A stretch of DNA of 49,805 nt from a virus (lineage: Duplodnaviria; Caudoviricetes), in IMG/VR virus record IMGVR_UViG_3300049070_000149, positions 1 to 49,805 of that record, one strand, 5' to 3'. How positions within the stretch are numbered: the first letter of the stretch is position 1; every line of letters begins with the position of its first letter. Below are positions 35,899 through 45,775 of the stretch, piece after piece. Made by a program: the position numbers and the translations under genes. Under the pieces are notes generated by a model. That model was not told the DNA's origin. It did no database searches and was given only the letters and a program-made list of their open reading frames with translations.

Positions 35899-37040
35899 CC
35901 CATCCTCCCCATACGATACTGCATAGGCTGCTGAATCACAGATTGATTCACTGGTACTCCACCTTTCCAGGCCGCGTATTGCTCGGGCGTCTGGTTCATA
36001 ACAGCGGCCGCATGTAGTTCTGCTTGTGTCAGTTGAACACCCTGCGCGCCAGGCCCGCCCTGATTTGGTTGTTCAGAGAAGAACCCATTGAGGTTCGGTA
36101 GGGGCTGTCCAAACTGCTGAACATGCTGAGCAGGAAACATCCCACCAACTTGCGGAACCTGCTGAGGCTGTTGTTGCTGTGGCTGAATCTGACCCCGACG
36201 AGACATTTCTCCGTAGATGGAATCAGCCGCCAAGCGCCACATAGTCGGATTCGACAAAGCGCGTGGGTCTGAACCCTGCAAACGCTGAAGAACAAGCGGT
36301 TCCAGCTGTGTAAAGATTGGACCAAACTCCTGTGCAACGGTATTACGCGCATTCTGAATGGCAGCAGAAGCAGTTGCTTGAAGTGACGGAGCAAGCATTG
36401 ATTCGATGCGCTGAAGCAATACCTGATTCTTCTCGTCGACAACCTGACCGACAGAGGCACTTGGATTCTTCCAGTCCCAAGCAGTCTGCTGTCCCTGACC
36501 AGGCGCAGTCGGTTGCTGTACCTGTTGCTGCTGGACTTGCTGTTGTCCTTGTGAAGGCTGCTGTGCCATCGACTGTAAGTGAACCTGACGAAGGCCGTTG
36601 TGGATGGCAATAGCTTCACCGAGTGTCCGCCCCTGAAGTTCAGCAGGAATATTCTGCCCAACTAACCTTGTATTAAGGTCAATAGGAGCCTGCTGAGCCT
36701 GCTGTTGTCCATACTGCGGCTGCAGTCCTGCCTGCTGCTGCGGTGAGAAAAATTGTCCCTGCTGCGGAATCTGCCGCATTTGTGTGAACTGTTGCTGTTG
36801 CTGCGGCAGTTGAGATACAGGAATGTGCCCCTGCTCAGGAGGCAGTTGCGGATTAAAAGCCATTTGAGGCGGCAGACCTAGTTGAGTCGGCTGCGGAACT
36901 ACTGTCTGCTGCATCTGTGGAGGCAGAAAGGGTTGTCCTCCTTGTGCTTCCATCTGCCCTCCAGGGTAGCCACCGGCTAACTGAACATAGCCGTTTGGCA
37001 TTCTGGTACCAGGCTGGGCGGCCTGAAACGGTACTGTCAT
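35895..37040 (-). CDS. putative scaffolding protein (Q/P-rich)
   Basis: Between portal and capsid genes; IPAELQGRT, LTQAELHAAAVMNQTPEQYA C-terminus. Confidence 0.65.
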   Translation of the reverse strand: MTVPFQAAQPGTRMPNGYVQLAGGYPGGQMEAQGGQPFLPPQMQQTVVPQPTQLGLPPQMAFNPQLPPEQGHIPVSQLPQQQQQFTQMRQIPQQGQFFSPQQQAGLQPQYGQQQAQQAPIDLNTRLVGQNIPAELQGRTLGEAIAIHNGLRQVHLQSMAQQPSQGQQQVQQQQVQQPTAPGQGQQTAWDWKNPSASVGQVVDEKNQVLLQRIESMLAPSLQATASAAIQNARNTVAQEFGPIFTQLEPLVLQRLQGSDPRALSNPTMWRLAADSIYGEMSRRGQIQPQQQQPQQVPQVGGMFPAQHVQQFGQPLPNLNGFFSEQPNQGGPGAQGVQLTQAELHAAAVMNQTPEQYAAWKGGVPVNQSVIQQPMQYRMGRMG

Positions 37041-37336
37041 GTGCGCTCTCCCTCTAGGATTGAGTTAACTGCACTTGCAACACGGTCAAGGGCATTAATA
37101 GACCCCTGGCTGCGGTAAAGCTCCACTTGGTCCTGCGCCGATCTGAGCCTACTGGCCTCCACCGATACCAAGTAAGGCAGGATTTTGTTGAGGAACAGGT
37201 GCCATCCCCGGTGCTGTCTGAGGTTGGCCAGGTACTCCAGGTCCTCCCCCTCCCATTGAAGCTCCAAGTTGGGATGACTGAAGGATTGCCTGGATATTTG
37301 CAAGTTGTCGCTGTTGTTCACTTTCGCCACCGTCAA
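37037..37336 (-). CDS. small portal-adjacent protein (start uncertain; overlaps portal 3' end)
   Basis: LRQHRGW...LYRSQGSINAL pattern; ATGA coupling to the scaffold gene. Confidence 0.55.
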   Translation of the reverse strand: MTVAKVNNSDNLQISRQSFSHPNLELQWEGEDLEYLANLRQHRGWHLFLNKILPYLVSVEASRLRSAQDQVELYRSQGSINALDRVASAVNSILEGERT

Positions 37337-39077
37337 GATAAGGAATCATGCGTTCATAATCCTGCTGGCCGTATAATTCAAGCAACCGGCGCATCAATAC
37401 AGCTGAACCTTCTGCTGCAGTAATGGCAACTTGCTTAATCGCCGGCGGCATACCAGGATTCGCAACATAACTCAGCATCTGCATATAATTCATGTAGAAC
37501 TGAGATAGTTGCTGAAAGACAATCGTTGTGTTACGAATCTGAGCATCTTTCGACAGCTGCCCATCTATGGCCGTAACTTGAATGCTAAGTCCCTTCCTGA
37601 TTAGATCTAGAGGGAACTTTAACACAACATCTACCAACAGACCATCCTTATTCCCAAGGGCTACGAATGGTTTTCCCTTTTGATTAAACTGTTGATAGAG
37701 TTCAAGTATTCTTGTCCCCGACTCTGCAAGTACCGCTCTAACCTCTCGGAGCGTCTCTCCAAATCGCTTCGAAGAATTAAGCAGCATCTGCTGAGTGGTG
37801 AACGCTGTACCATAAGCTGTCGACGGCCCAGTATTTCCAGCCACATAATCGTTAACACCTGTTCTGGACTTGGCCTCATTCCTTGTCGCAGCCTCCATTT
37901 GAATAGCTGCTGTCATTGAAGCACCAAAGCCAACACCCATTGGGATAGGCTGAATGTCTTTGGGATCGTTCACTGGAATGAAACGACCAGGAACCACCTT
38001 AGTATTCTTCGTTATGTCCATATTGTCTCTCTTAAATGCATACATCTGTGCAAGAGAGACTGTTCCATTGTCAATACGCTGGTTGTGCATCGCCGTAATT
38101 TCTTCTTGGAAATGGTCCAACATCTCACAAAGACCAATTCCATAGAAAGAGTTTACGTCGCGCATGAAGTTACCAGCGCTGTAAGGCTTTTCCTGGTTGA
38201 AGAATGGATTGTAGTCAAGTCTTACATATGCTTGAGATTCAAGGTTAATCGTACATACCAGCGATTCGTCCCATCCATCTCCGTCTATGTCAAAGTCAAG
38301 CCAAAACTCATAGAAAGGCATGAGTTGGTTGACTGACGCTCGATACTGAGATAAATTATCAAGTTGTTGTTGTACTGAGTTATTGGGTGGATTAAAGAAC
38401 CACGCACCAACCCGATCTGCATTCATATAAATTCCCGCCTTAACACGATTCATGAACTGCATCCAGGTTAAGCGTACACGCTCAGCAACCCAGGGAGCAT
38501 CTTGAATCAGAGGGAATCCAGCAGGAATGTAAAAATCATGCAGCCTTACATGGCTAAGTGAAGGAGCGTCCTTCATCATAACCACTGCTTGTTGCTGCCA
38601 CATTTGCCCTTGAAGCTCGCGCCACTCGTAGACTTTCTTCATCTCACGATTGTAACGCTGCTTCAACACACCAGTACCAAGCTTATGCAGCTCCAACAGC
38701 CAATTACCAACTTGTCTATAAGGTTTAATTTCGTTCCTCTCTGCCCAACCAAAAAATTCCTGAACAGCACGAGCAAAGTCTGTTAATTCAGGGCGTTCGG
38801 CAGTCGCTGCCCATAGGTTACCTTCAAAAAGGAGCCCCATAAGACGGCTGTACAGTGTGTCTACATCCGTTGCGGCTACTGGCACTACGAGATTTGATGC
38901 ATTAACAAAAGGAAAATTCTTCTTCTCATCTTTAGGGTGTGCACGATAGACACGCTCATGGCGTTCCCAGACCTTTTCGAGTTGTCCCCTATCGCCCATC
39001 GTCCTTCTCAGTTCTTGAATAAGATACCAGAGAAGATCATCTGCGCGTCTAGGATCGTATTGATTAGCAGGTATCAT
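37149..39077 (-). CDS. portal protein
   Basis: ~640 aa after terminase; FPFVNASNL, GTGVLK, SFYGIG, NQRIDN. Start at MIPANQ assumed. Confidence 0.85.
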   Translation of the reverse strand: MIPANQYDPRRADDLLWYLIQELRRTMGDRGQLEKVWERHERVYRAHPKDEKKNFPFVNASNLVVPVAATDVDTLYSRLMGLLFEGNLWAATAERPELTDFARAVQEFFGWAERNEIKPYRQVGNWLLELHKLGTGVLKQRYNREMKKVYEWRELQGQMWQQQAVVMMKDAPSLSHVRLHDFYIPAGFPLIQDAPWVAERVRLTWMQFMNRVKAGIYMNADRVGAWFFNPPNNSVQQQLDNLSQYRASVNQLMPFYEFWLDFDIDGDGWDESLVCTINLESQAYVRLDYNPFFNQEKPYSAGNFMRDVNSFYGIGLCEMLDHFQEEITAMHNQRIDNGTVSLAQMYAFKRDNMDITKNTKVVPGRFIPVNDPKDIQPIPMGVGFGASMTAAIQMEAATRNEAKSRTGVNDYVAGNTGPSTAYGTAFTTQQMLLNSSKRFGETLREVRAVLAESGTRILELYQQFNQKGKPFVALGNKDGLLVDVVLKFPLDLIRKGLSIQVTAIDGQLSKDAQIRNTTIVFQQLSQFYMNYMQMLSYVANPGMPPAIKQVAITAAEGSAVLMRRLLELYGQQDYERMIPYLDGGESEQQRQLANIQAILQSSQLGASMGGGGPGVPGQPQTAPGMAPVPQQNPALLGIGGGQ

Positions 39078-39164
39078 GATTAGGTTCTGGAAGTACAAAA
39101 GCAACCCCAACTGCAACCCCGCCCAACGAGAAGAGAAACCCCTCGCTCAAACCCAACAGCTCTC

Positions 39165-39383
39165 TCACAGAGCCAGATTCTCGCTCATCGTAGGCCTTGG
39201 TCCGAACAGCTTTCGGAATAGCTCCTCTAAGTGTTTGACACGAATTGAGATTGAGAGCACACCAAGTACCTTTTTGTTGAACAATACATCCTCTCCATTC
39301 TCGTCAAACCAAGACCAGAAATGTGCTGCAACGATACTACGGACTCCGGCATTAAGACCTGAAATCTGGTTCAAAGCAGCCAT
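39165..39383 (-). CDS. hypothetical protein
   Basis: GGGAG SD. Confidence 0.6.
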   Translation of the reverse strand: MAALNQISGLNAGVRSIVAAHFWSWFDENGEDVLFNKKVLGVLSISIRVKHLEELFRKLFGPRPTMSENLAL

Positions 39384-39402
39384 TGTAGTTGTCTCCCAGG
39401 TT

Positions 39403-39417
39403 GTTTCACTATGAAAC
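39403..39417. repeat. parS-like palindrome copy 6 (GTTTCA-CTA-TGAAAC)
   Basis: Direct reading; intergenic. Confidence 0.9.
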
Positions 39418-39421
39418 GCTC

Positions 39422-39763
39422 TTACTTGTCGACGGGAGGTACAGGAGGAGCCGGTGGATCAGTTGCTCTCCTTCCTCCAAGAAAAGGTATTCCGTTAGGA
39501 AAAAAGAAAACCACAATGGGCTTAACTGAATCAAACACACTAGGAAGCAGCATAGCTCCAAATACAGCAGCTGTGGCTCCTCCAATCATCAATGGATGAC
39601 TGTCCATCTTGATACCAAAGGCGAATGTGCCCGCTCCTGCCAACATGAAAAAAATACCACCCACAATACGAGAGATTAAACCAGCTTTCGCTTCAGCTGC
39701 TCTAATCTCAACCGTAGGAGAGGGTGTTACCCTTCGCTCTGACTTATCCTTCGGAGTTTCCAT
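39422..39763 (-). CDS. two-TM membrane protein (holin candidate)
   Basis: Two hydrophobic helices; AGGAG SD. Confidence 0.55.
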   Translation of the reverse strand: METPKDKSERRVTPSPTVEIRAAEAKAGLISRIVGGIFFMLAGAGTFAFGIKMDSHPLMIGGATAAVFGAMLLPSVFDSVKPIVVFFFPNGIPFLGGRRATDPPAPPVPPVDK

Positions 39764-40064
39764 GTGTATCTCCTAACGCTTTGATGAGAGGATCAGTCCC
39801 GCGGCGTCCTGCTCGTCCTTCTATCCTACGCTCAGTCTCAATGACCGTAATTCTCGTTTCATGATCAGCGTGAATCTCTCGTAACTCTGTGTAAGCATCC
39901 TCAGCTGCTTTCTTCCCGTCATTCACAGCAACTTGCATATTCTTCATAGCGTTTGTCATCGCTCCGAAGAAAAGGATCGCACGGATACTCGCGATTAAGA
40001 CAGGAGCTGAGAGAAGTCCGCCAGCGATCCATAAAGCAGTCTCAGTTTGCAAGGGTGTTTGCAC
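39744..40064 (-). CDS. single-TM coiled-coil membrane protein (lysis-related candidate)
   Basis: N-terminal TM; DHETRITVIE tail. Confidence 0.55.
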   Translation of the reverse strand: MQTPLQTETALWIAGGLLSAPVLIASIRAILFFGAMTNAMKNMQVAVNDGKKAAEDAYTELREIHADHETRITVIETERRIEGRAGRRGTDPLIKALGDTHGNSEG

Positions 40065-41623
40065 TAGACTCCTCCACCATAGCCGGTAATCCCTCTATCA
40101 GCCTGCAACACTGTCTCTGCCTCTTCGTTTTCGACCTGCTGCTCTAAGGACAACCCTCCAAGCCAAAGCTCCGTTCCGTAACTAAGCGCATCAATCTCGT
40201 CCCAATTATGCGCCGCCAGTTGCGGAAACAGTTGTATTTGCCCTATCAAAGTCATCATACTCGGCTGAACATACACCCTTCTCGCTTTCATAGGTGTATC
40301 CAACGCAGCGCGAATTCGTTTCTCCTTGTCTTGATTATTATGTTTCAGAGGCTTGATAACAAAGTACATTGCCTCGTCTCTCATCTTCTTCTCGAAGTAA
40401 TACAGGGTATTTTGTTGTCCTGCATCTTCGATTCCAATTTTCCTAGGACGCCACTTCAGTCCTAACTCCCAGATTTTCTCAACTAACTCGTCCGGCGACG
40501 GTCTATCTGACCAGGCTTCAAGGACAAAGATTTGATCCTTCGGTGAAGCGCCCGAGACAATAACCGCAGCCTTATCTGCACTAGTTTTCTTTCCGCCGTT
40601 CGGATCGACAGTGATAACCGTATCAAGCTCAGAGATATGCCAAGTAGCCGGCTTTCCAGTGATGTGGTCCTCGAAATAGATACGCCGATCACTTGTCGTG
40701 GCATAATGCCGTAGTAATCCTTTGCCCCAATCTAGTCCTCCCTTACCAATAGGATTATTCATGTAGTCATATGCCCACACGTCAGGCGTGTCGGTCATAA
40801 TCTGCATGAGTTCTTCCAAAGGGAACTTAGAAAAGATTGGAACGCCGTTCTCAATAGGTTCGCGGATGAAAACTTTAATACGAGACTTGTAAACATCCAT
40901 CAAATGAGCGTATACATCACTCATTGTTTTCCGAGTACCATACCAGTCGATCGTATCTTCGAGTCGATTTAAGAGCGGCTTCTGCGCATCTACCCAGCTA
41001 ATCGACTTTGTCATCTCAGCTTCGGAGAGTCTTGCTTTCTCTCCGATTAAGTCATCATTTTTTATTTTCTCGAAATGATGAGATTGAGGCGATCCGCCTG
41101 AACCTGAAGCCATGTAGGTACTGGTTCTGGACACCGTGCTACGTCTAAGAGACGCGCTGGTCTTAGACCAGTCAACACCTGGGCCTGAAGTTCGTTCCGG
41201 TACAAGCTCTGGAAACAGAAACCTAAGGAATTTATTGGTGCTCCACTGAGTCTTAATCTCCTTAAGGAAGTCCGTAGCGTTCTCCAGTACCTCATTCTGA
41301 ATCAGTATTCGGATGTTTGGATCGCACAAGGTGAGGCGGATCGAATCAGCTACGGTGCAGATCGTAGTCTTAAGATGCCCACGCGGCATCAGGACCATAC
41401 GTCTATTCGCCTGTTCGCGCACCATAAAATTACAGAGCGCACCGTGTGCTCCTATTTCTACCTGATCGTATCCAAGGACTCCTTTTGAGAGGAAGTAGAG
41501 ATCGGTCTGAGCCTTCTCCCGAATATGCTGTACTTGTTCACTAGTCAAGGACTGGAGTTGTTCCATCCCCTGATCAGAGATCAGCAGTTTCTCAGGAGCG
41601 TAACCGACCGTTGCTTCAGTCAA
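40064..41623 (-). CDS. terminase large subunit
   Basis: PRGHLKTT Walker A, IKNDD Walker B, YMNNP, TVDP, DEIDAL nuclease motif. Confidence 0.92.
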   Translation of the reverse strand: MTEATVGYAPEKLLISDQGMEQLQSLTSEQVQHIREKAQTDLYFLSKGVLGYDQVEIGAHGALCNFMVREQANRRMVLMPRGHLKTTICTVADSIRLTLCDPNIRILIQNEVLENATDFLKEIKTQWSTNKFLRFLFPELVPERTSGPGVDWSKTSASLRRSTVSRTSTYMASGSGGSPQSHHFEKIKNDDLIGEKARLSEAEMTKSISWVDAQKPLLNRLEDTIDWYGTRKTMSDVYAHLMDVYKSRIKVFIREPIENGVPIFSKFPLEELMQIMTDTPDVWAYDYMNNPIGKGGLDWGKGLLRHYATTSDRRIYFEDHITGKPATWHISELDTVITVDPNGGKKTSADKAAVIVSGASPKDQIFVLEAWSDRPSPDELVEKIWELGLKWRPRKIGIEDAGQQNTLYYFEKKMRDEAMYFVIKPLKHNNQDKEKRIRAALDTPMKARRVYVQPSMMTLIGQIQLFPQLAAHNWDEIDALSYGTELWLGGLSLEQQVENEEAETVLQADRGITGYGGGV

Positions 41624-42062
41624 CGTCTAGCTCCGTATGTGGCAAATCATGAAAGGTCTGATCGTCAAACTCCCTATTTGAGTTCCAGTCTACTCCCTGT
41701 CTAATCTTAATTCCCATTTGCGAAGCTACACCAGCCACAAAACCCTGGAACATGTATGCTTCCAATACTTCCATACCACCATCAGCACGTTTAACTGCAT
41801 TCAGTCCACGTTCGATGGCTGGCCAATCAACCGGATAAGGCATTACGTCTGCTGCGTGAGACTTACCGCCTTTCTGCGGTAGATGCTTCGAAGCCATCGT
41901 CTTAGAAACTCCCTTTGCAACATTCATTCGTTGCTCAGCAAGTGTCCTAGCACCGTCGATGATAGTGCAGTCCCAATGCTTAATCACCTCATTGAAGAGG
42001 CGCTGAAGATCAGGATGACACTCAGCAAGGTTTGCTATAGACTTCGTTCCAAATTGAGGCAT
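41616..42062 (-). CDS. endolysin, M15-family peptidase
   Basis: GART..EQ, SKHL, AAD, GVDW, DLPHTEL. Confidence 0.9.
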   Translation of the reverse strand: MPQFGTKSIANLAECHPDLQRLFNEVIKHWDCTIIDGARTLAEQRMNVAKGVSKTMASKHLPQKGGKSHAADVMPYPVDWPAIERGLNAVKRADGGMEVLEAYMFQGFVAGVASQMGIKIRQGVDWNSNREFDDQTFHDLPHTELDVD

Positions 42063-42205
42063 TAAAATAGCACCACTAGTAAGAAATAACTGAACAGTAG
42101 AAGGTTACTAGGAAGTGGCTGAGCTATAATTGAGTCTCCATCACCGCCTCCACCAGCATCAGCAGCTCCCTGCGCCAGTAACAACATGCTAAAGAGAGGG
42201 TTCAT
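42062..42205 (-). CDS. 47-aa protein with hydrophobic C-terminus
   Basis: Own translation MNPLFSMLLLAQGAADAGGGGDGDSIIAQPLPSNLLLFSYFLLVVLF; coupled to both neighbours. Confidence 0.5.
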   Translation of the reverse strand: MNPLFSMLLLAQGAADAGGGGDGDSIIAQPLPSNLLLFSYFLLVVLF

Positions 42206-43644
42206 GGGGCCGCTACCGTAATAGCATCCAGCGCTGCACGAGTAAGATCTCTTGTAAATAGCGTATCACCGTTGGCATTCTTGGCGGTGAGTACTCCACC
42301 AGCTATGCTAATATTGAAAGCACCAGCAGCTAGTAACTCTGCGTTTGTAAGCCCGCCGTTGTCCTCGGCCATCCAGTCCGCGAGTATTTGAGCCGAGATT
42401 TCGGCCGCAGTAGCTGCTGCTGCACGAGGGTTGTCAACAGTGAAATCAACAATCAGCTTGCCTTTGGCACTTGCACTCTGCACAACGATCTTGCCGCGGG
42501 GCACTCCAGTAACTTGGAAAGCATCTGGAAGATCAAACCGATACTCTCCTGGAGCTTCAGGATCTCCATACTCTTCCCATCCTCCGTCTGTGTGAGCCGA
42601 GTCGATCGCGGCTAGATTCGCTGGCGTGATTTCTACAGGGGCAGAATTCTGCCTGATGTACCATGCTTCTGTAATATCCGTGTGTGCGAGACCAGTCGCT
42701 GGTGATCCATCATCATTAACCATCTCGATCGTATAGGACTGGTCTGTTGATCCTATCTGCCTAATATCCATGTCATTGTCTCGGTTGATGACCACAGTCG
42801 AGCCAACACCTGATACTACGGTACCTTCCGCACCATAAATCGCAATGCCACGGTTCTCTGTGTCAACACCTGCAATACGAGCCCAGAGTTGTGTGCCGCT
42901 CGGAAGGTTTGCGTAAACTGGATCCATAGGCACAGGACCGCAGATGCCTTCCGGGTTCGCCGCCTGCTGAAAATGAAATAGTGCGTCAATGGCTGTTCCA
43001 CCAGCATCCGGCGCGCTCGACCCGTACCCAAGCTGTACTACTATATCACCTGAACCAATCGTCGTATCGCTGAGCAGATCAAAGGCTACGGCGAAGAGGT
43101 TGTGGTCTGCGCTAGTAGTCCCGATCGCAGTCCATGCGCCGAACCCCCCATTACCCGAAGGGACAGACGTGCCGCGTGAGGCCGCCGTGCTGATGCCGTA
43201 GGTCGTCCAGTTGCCGACGTCTTCGAGGTGGACGACACCCTGATACATGTGGATCTCAAACTGGCAGACGTCAGCCGTGACCGCGCCGCGAATTCGCGCA
43301 GAGATTCGACTGTTAGCCGGCACTCGGCGCGCGAAAAAGAAGGCCTTACCCAGCGTCGCATCGTTGCCGCCTACGCCGATCGTTGCCTGCCCAATACTAT
43401 AGTCGGTGACGATCTCAACTTCGCTGGCTGCCGCTCCGACTGCAATGTCGAGTAGCATGCCGGTATCAGTAGCATTGACTGCCGGACCACGAACCGCAAT
43501 CGCAAAGCCTTCCGCCTCAGCGCCGGTGTCGGCGATGATCTCGGTCCACGCTACCGCCTCGGTGTGCGGGGTGGCATGGGCGGTGAGCTGCGTGCCGTTG
43601 CGCGCCGCCGCCGTGAGGTTGGTGACGCTGCTCGCGCGGAACAT
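42202..43644 (-). CDS. putative tail / receptor-binding protein
   Basis: Start MFRASSV at a TAATG overlap; two internal beta repeats; IDSAHTDGGW..PGEYRFDLPD domain. Confidence 0.55.
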   Translation of the reverse strand: MFRASSVTNLTAAARNGTQLTAHATPHTEAVAWTEIIADTGAEAEGFAIAVRGPAVNATDTGMLLDIAVGAAASEVEIVTDYSIGQATIGVGGNDATLGKAFFFARRVPANSRISARIRGAVTADVCQFEIHMYQGVVHLEDVGNWTTYGISTAASRGTSVPSGNGGFGAWTAIGTTSADHNLFAVAFDLLSDTTIGSGDIVVQLGYGSSAPDAGGTAIDALFHFQQAANPEGICGPVPMDPVYANLPSGTQLWARIAGVDTENRGIAIYGAEGTVVSGVGSTVVINRDNDMDIRQIGSTDQSYTIEMVNDDGSPATGLAHTDITEAWYIRQNSAPVEITPANLAAIDSAHTDGGWEEYGDPEAPGEYRFDLPDAFQVTGVPRGKIVVQSASAKGKLIVDFTVDNPRAAAATAAEISAQILADWMAEDNGGLTNAELLAAGAFNISIAGGVLTAKNANGDTLFTRDLTRAALDAITVAAP

Positions 43645-44843
43645 TAGGCTGCAATCTCCCCGATACAGGTGCCGTAGGGTCCGACCCACAGCGTGTCGTC
43701 GCCGGAATAGGTCTGGTTATCGATCCAGGCGAACAACCCTTGATTGCCGTACTTGAAGTCCTCGTCGGAGCTCGTCCACCAGTCGCCATTCCCTTCTGGC
43801 GACGGCCCCATCTCGAAGTCGTTCTCGCCAGCGTTGGCGCCCGCCGTTTCGGAGCGGTCCTTCCACGTAAACGGGTCGCTGTCCTCAAGGTTGTCGCCGC
43901 CGCCGGTTCGCGGGAAATCGGCTGAGTCGTAGATCGGGACAGTCGTGCTGACCGTCTCGTCATAGACTCTAATCTTATATGTATACGTACTAGCGTCGAT
44001 GCAATGAATCTTGTTCTCGACACGATACACTTTCCCTAGCTCCAGCCACGGTCCTCGGTCGAAGGCAATCGTGCTACCCGCCTGTAGAATCGACACCCCG
44101 ATCTGCCAGTGGCCCGGATTCCCGTCTACGCCGTTGACGCCGGTCGAGTAGTGGACTCCGATAAAGTTGTTCGCATCGCCCTGGGCGTTGCCGTCCTGCC
44201 AAGGATGATCGCCGTTCCCCGTCAAGCGCTCATCGAAGTCCATCCTGACGTAGAAGCGACCATAACGAGTATCGCCAACGGCCAGGACTGGCAGGTCCGT
44301 CTTGCGCCAGATGCAAGCCCAAGTTGCAGACACAGATCGCCAGTGTGCGTTGACCTCGAACACTCCCGGTGCGTTCGCCGGGAAGCCCAAGCCAGCCGGA
44401 TCGACCGCCGCGTGACCGATGCCACCGAGAATCGGCCATTTCCCGCCGTCAGTCTTGTTGACGGTGGCAGTCCCGAGCCCGCCCTCCTGCGTGTCCGAGA
44501 AATCGAGCGGCGTGAGCAGCGAGCCACCGCCTTCAGCAATAACTTCAATATCAACGACAACTGTTTCACCGTCAACGCTACCAGTAATTTCACACGTACC
44601 CTCGCCAATTCCTGTAACAAGTCCAGAAGTGCTTACAGTTGCTACGGCAGCGTTGGAGGTCGAGTAAAGTATTTGTCGTTGAAGAATTGACAGCTCAGCG
44701 TTACTTGCGTTGAAAGCATGTAGGGTTAACTGCTGTGTCTCTAACTCTTCTAGTTCAAGTGGCCCTGCCGGCGAAGCTGTGACTAGTGCAACCGCGCCCA
44801 TTCCGGTGCGGCGACGAACCGAGGAGAGCGCGATCGTGGTCAT
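43644..44843 (-). CDS. Ig-like (Big_2) domain protein with putative carbohydrate-binding C-terminus
   Basis: YSTSNAAVATVSTSGLVTGIGEGTCEITGSVDG. Confidence 0.7.
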   Translation of the reverse strand: MTTIALSSVRRRTGMGAVALVTASPAGPLELEELETQQLTLHAFNASNAELSILQRQILYSTSNAAVATVSTSGLVTGIGEGTCEITGSVDGETVVVDIEVIAEGGGSLLTPLDFSDTQEGGLGTATVNKTDGGKWPILGGIGHAAVDPAGLGFPANAPGVFEVNAHWRSVSATWACIWRKTDLPVLAVGDTRYGRFYVRMDFDERLTGNGDHPWQDGNAQGDANNFIGVHYSTGVNGVDGNPGHWQIGVSILQAGSTIAFDRGPWLELGKVYRVENKIHCIDASTYTYKIRVYDETVSTTVPIYDSADFPRTGGGDNLEDSDPFTWKDRSETAGANAGENDFEMGPSPEGNGDWWTSSDEDFKYGNQGLFAWIDNQTYSGDDTLWVGPYGTCIGEIAA

Positions 44844-45766
44844 GCGCTCATCCGATCAAATTCTTTTTCATCTTCCAACGCTTCTCGGAGAGCTGCTGCC
44901 TCTTTACCCACTATTCCATATTTCTTAGCTATAACTTCGTAGTCGCGTTCATCTTTGTCAGCTTCGATTGGCAAGCCAGGGAATGGAGCAGGGGAGGCTC
45001 CACTCTCAGAAACAGTGTGCCCAGCACTGATCTGAAGGTTATCACTGAGCTGCCTGTGCTCTGCTACTACCTCATCCCGCTGGTTGCCAGCTAGGTGATG
45101 ATCGTAGGGCATCTGAGCAACCTTAAGAGACTCACTTAAGGCTGCAAACATATTATTCGCTACGTTGACAGGTAGAACAATAGAAGGACCAGCAACTGCA
45201 GGATGATTAGAAGGCGTACTCCCTGCGGCCAGTTTGTTCTTGCCGTAACCGGCCATCTCGAGAATATCGGTCGCTGCCCTGTGTCGAACGCTATCATTCC
45301 TGCTGGACCTCATCAGTTCTACTTTAACATTCATCGCCTCGTGTTTGAGATTGGAGAGGCGTGTATCGAGATCGGTGATTTCATCCGCAGCCATACTAAG
45401 CACAGTCGTCTTTATGACTTGTGCGTCAGGATGGTTGAGGATGACACTTACCCTGGCATGGTCGATTTCGTACTTAGCAGCAATCTCATTACCAGTGAGA
45501 CCCGCGATCGAGTCGAGCACCATGTTGATGTGCTCAGCTTGAAGAATACGCGGTTCCCAGTATTTGAGTTCTCTATCCCTGGGGAGATCGCCACGAACAG
45601 CAGATTCGATAATCTGTTGTAGACGTGCGTAGTTTGCCGCTTTTCGCTGCTCAGCGGCAGTTGCAGCAGGAGAGAGGGCGGTAGGAGCTAGAGCGGAAGA
45701 TTCCGAAACGGCCGGGGGACTACCAGCGTCTAGTTTCCTACCGTCCTCGGGCGAGATTAGCACCAA
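44840..45766 (-). CDS. HTH protein, terminase small subunit candidate
   Basis: GLTGNEIAAKYEIDHARVSVILNHP HTH; VRHRAATDILEMAG. Confidence 0.55.
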   Translation of the reverse strand: MVLISPEDGRKLDAGSPPAVSESSALAPTALSPAATAAEQRKAANYARLQQIIESAVRGDLPRDRELKYWEPRILQAEHINMVLDSIAGLTGNEIAAKYEIDHARVSVILNHPDAQVIKTTVLSMAADEITDLDTRLSNLKHEAMNVKVELMRSSRNDSVRHRAATDILEMAGYGKNKLAAGSTPSNHPAVAGPSIVLPVNVANNMFAALSESLKVAQMPYDHHLAGNQRDEVVAEHRQLSDNLQISAGHTVSESGASPAPFPGLPIEADKDERDYEVIAKKYGIVGKEAAALREALEDEKEFDRMSA

Positions 45767-45775
45767 GTCTCTCGC

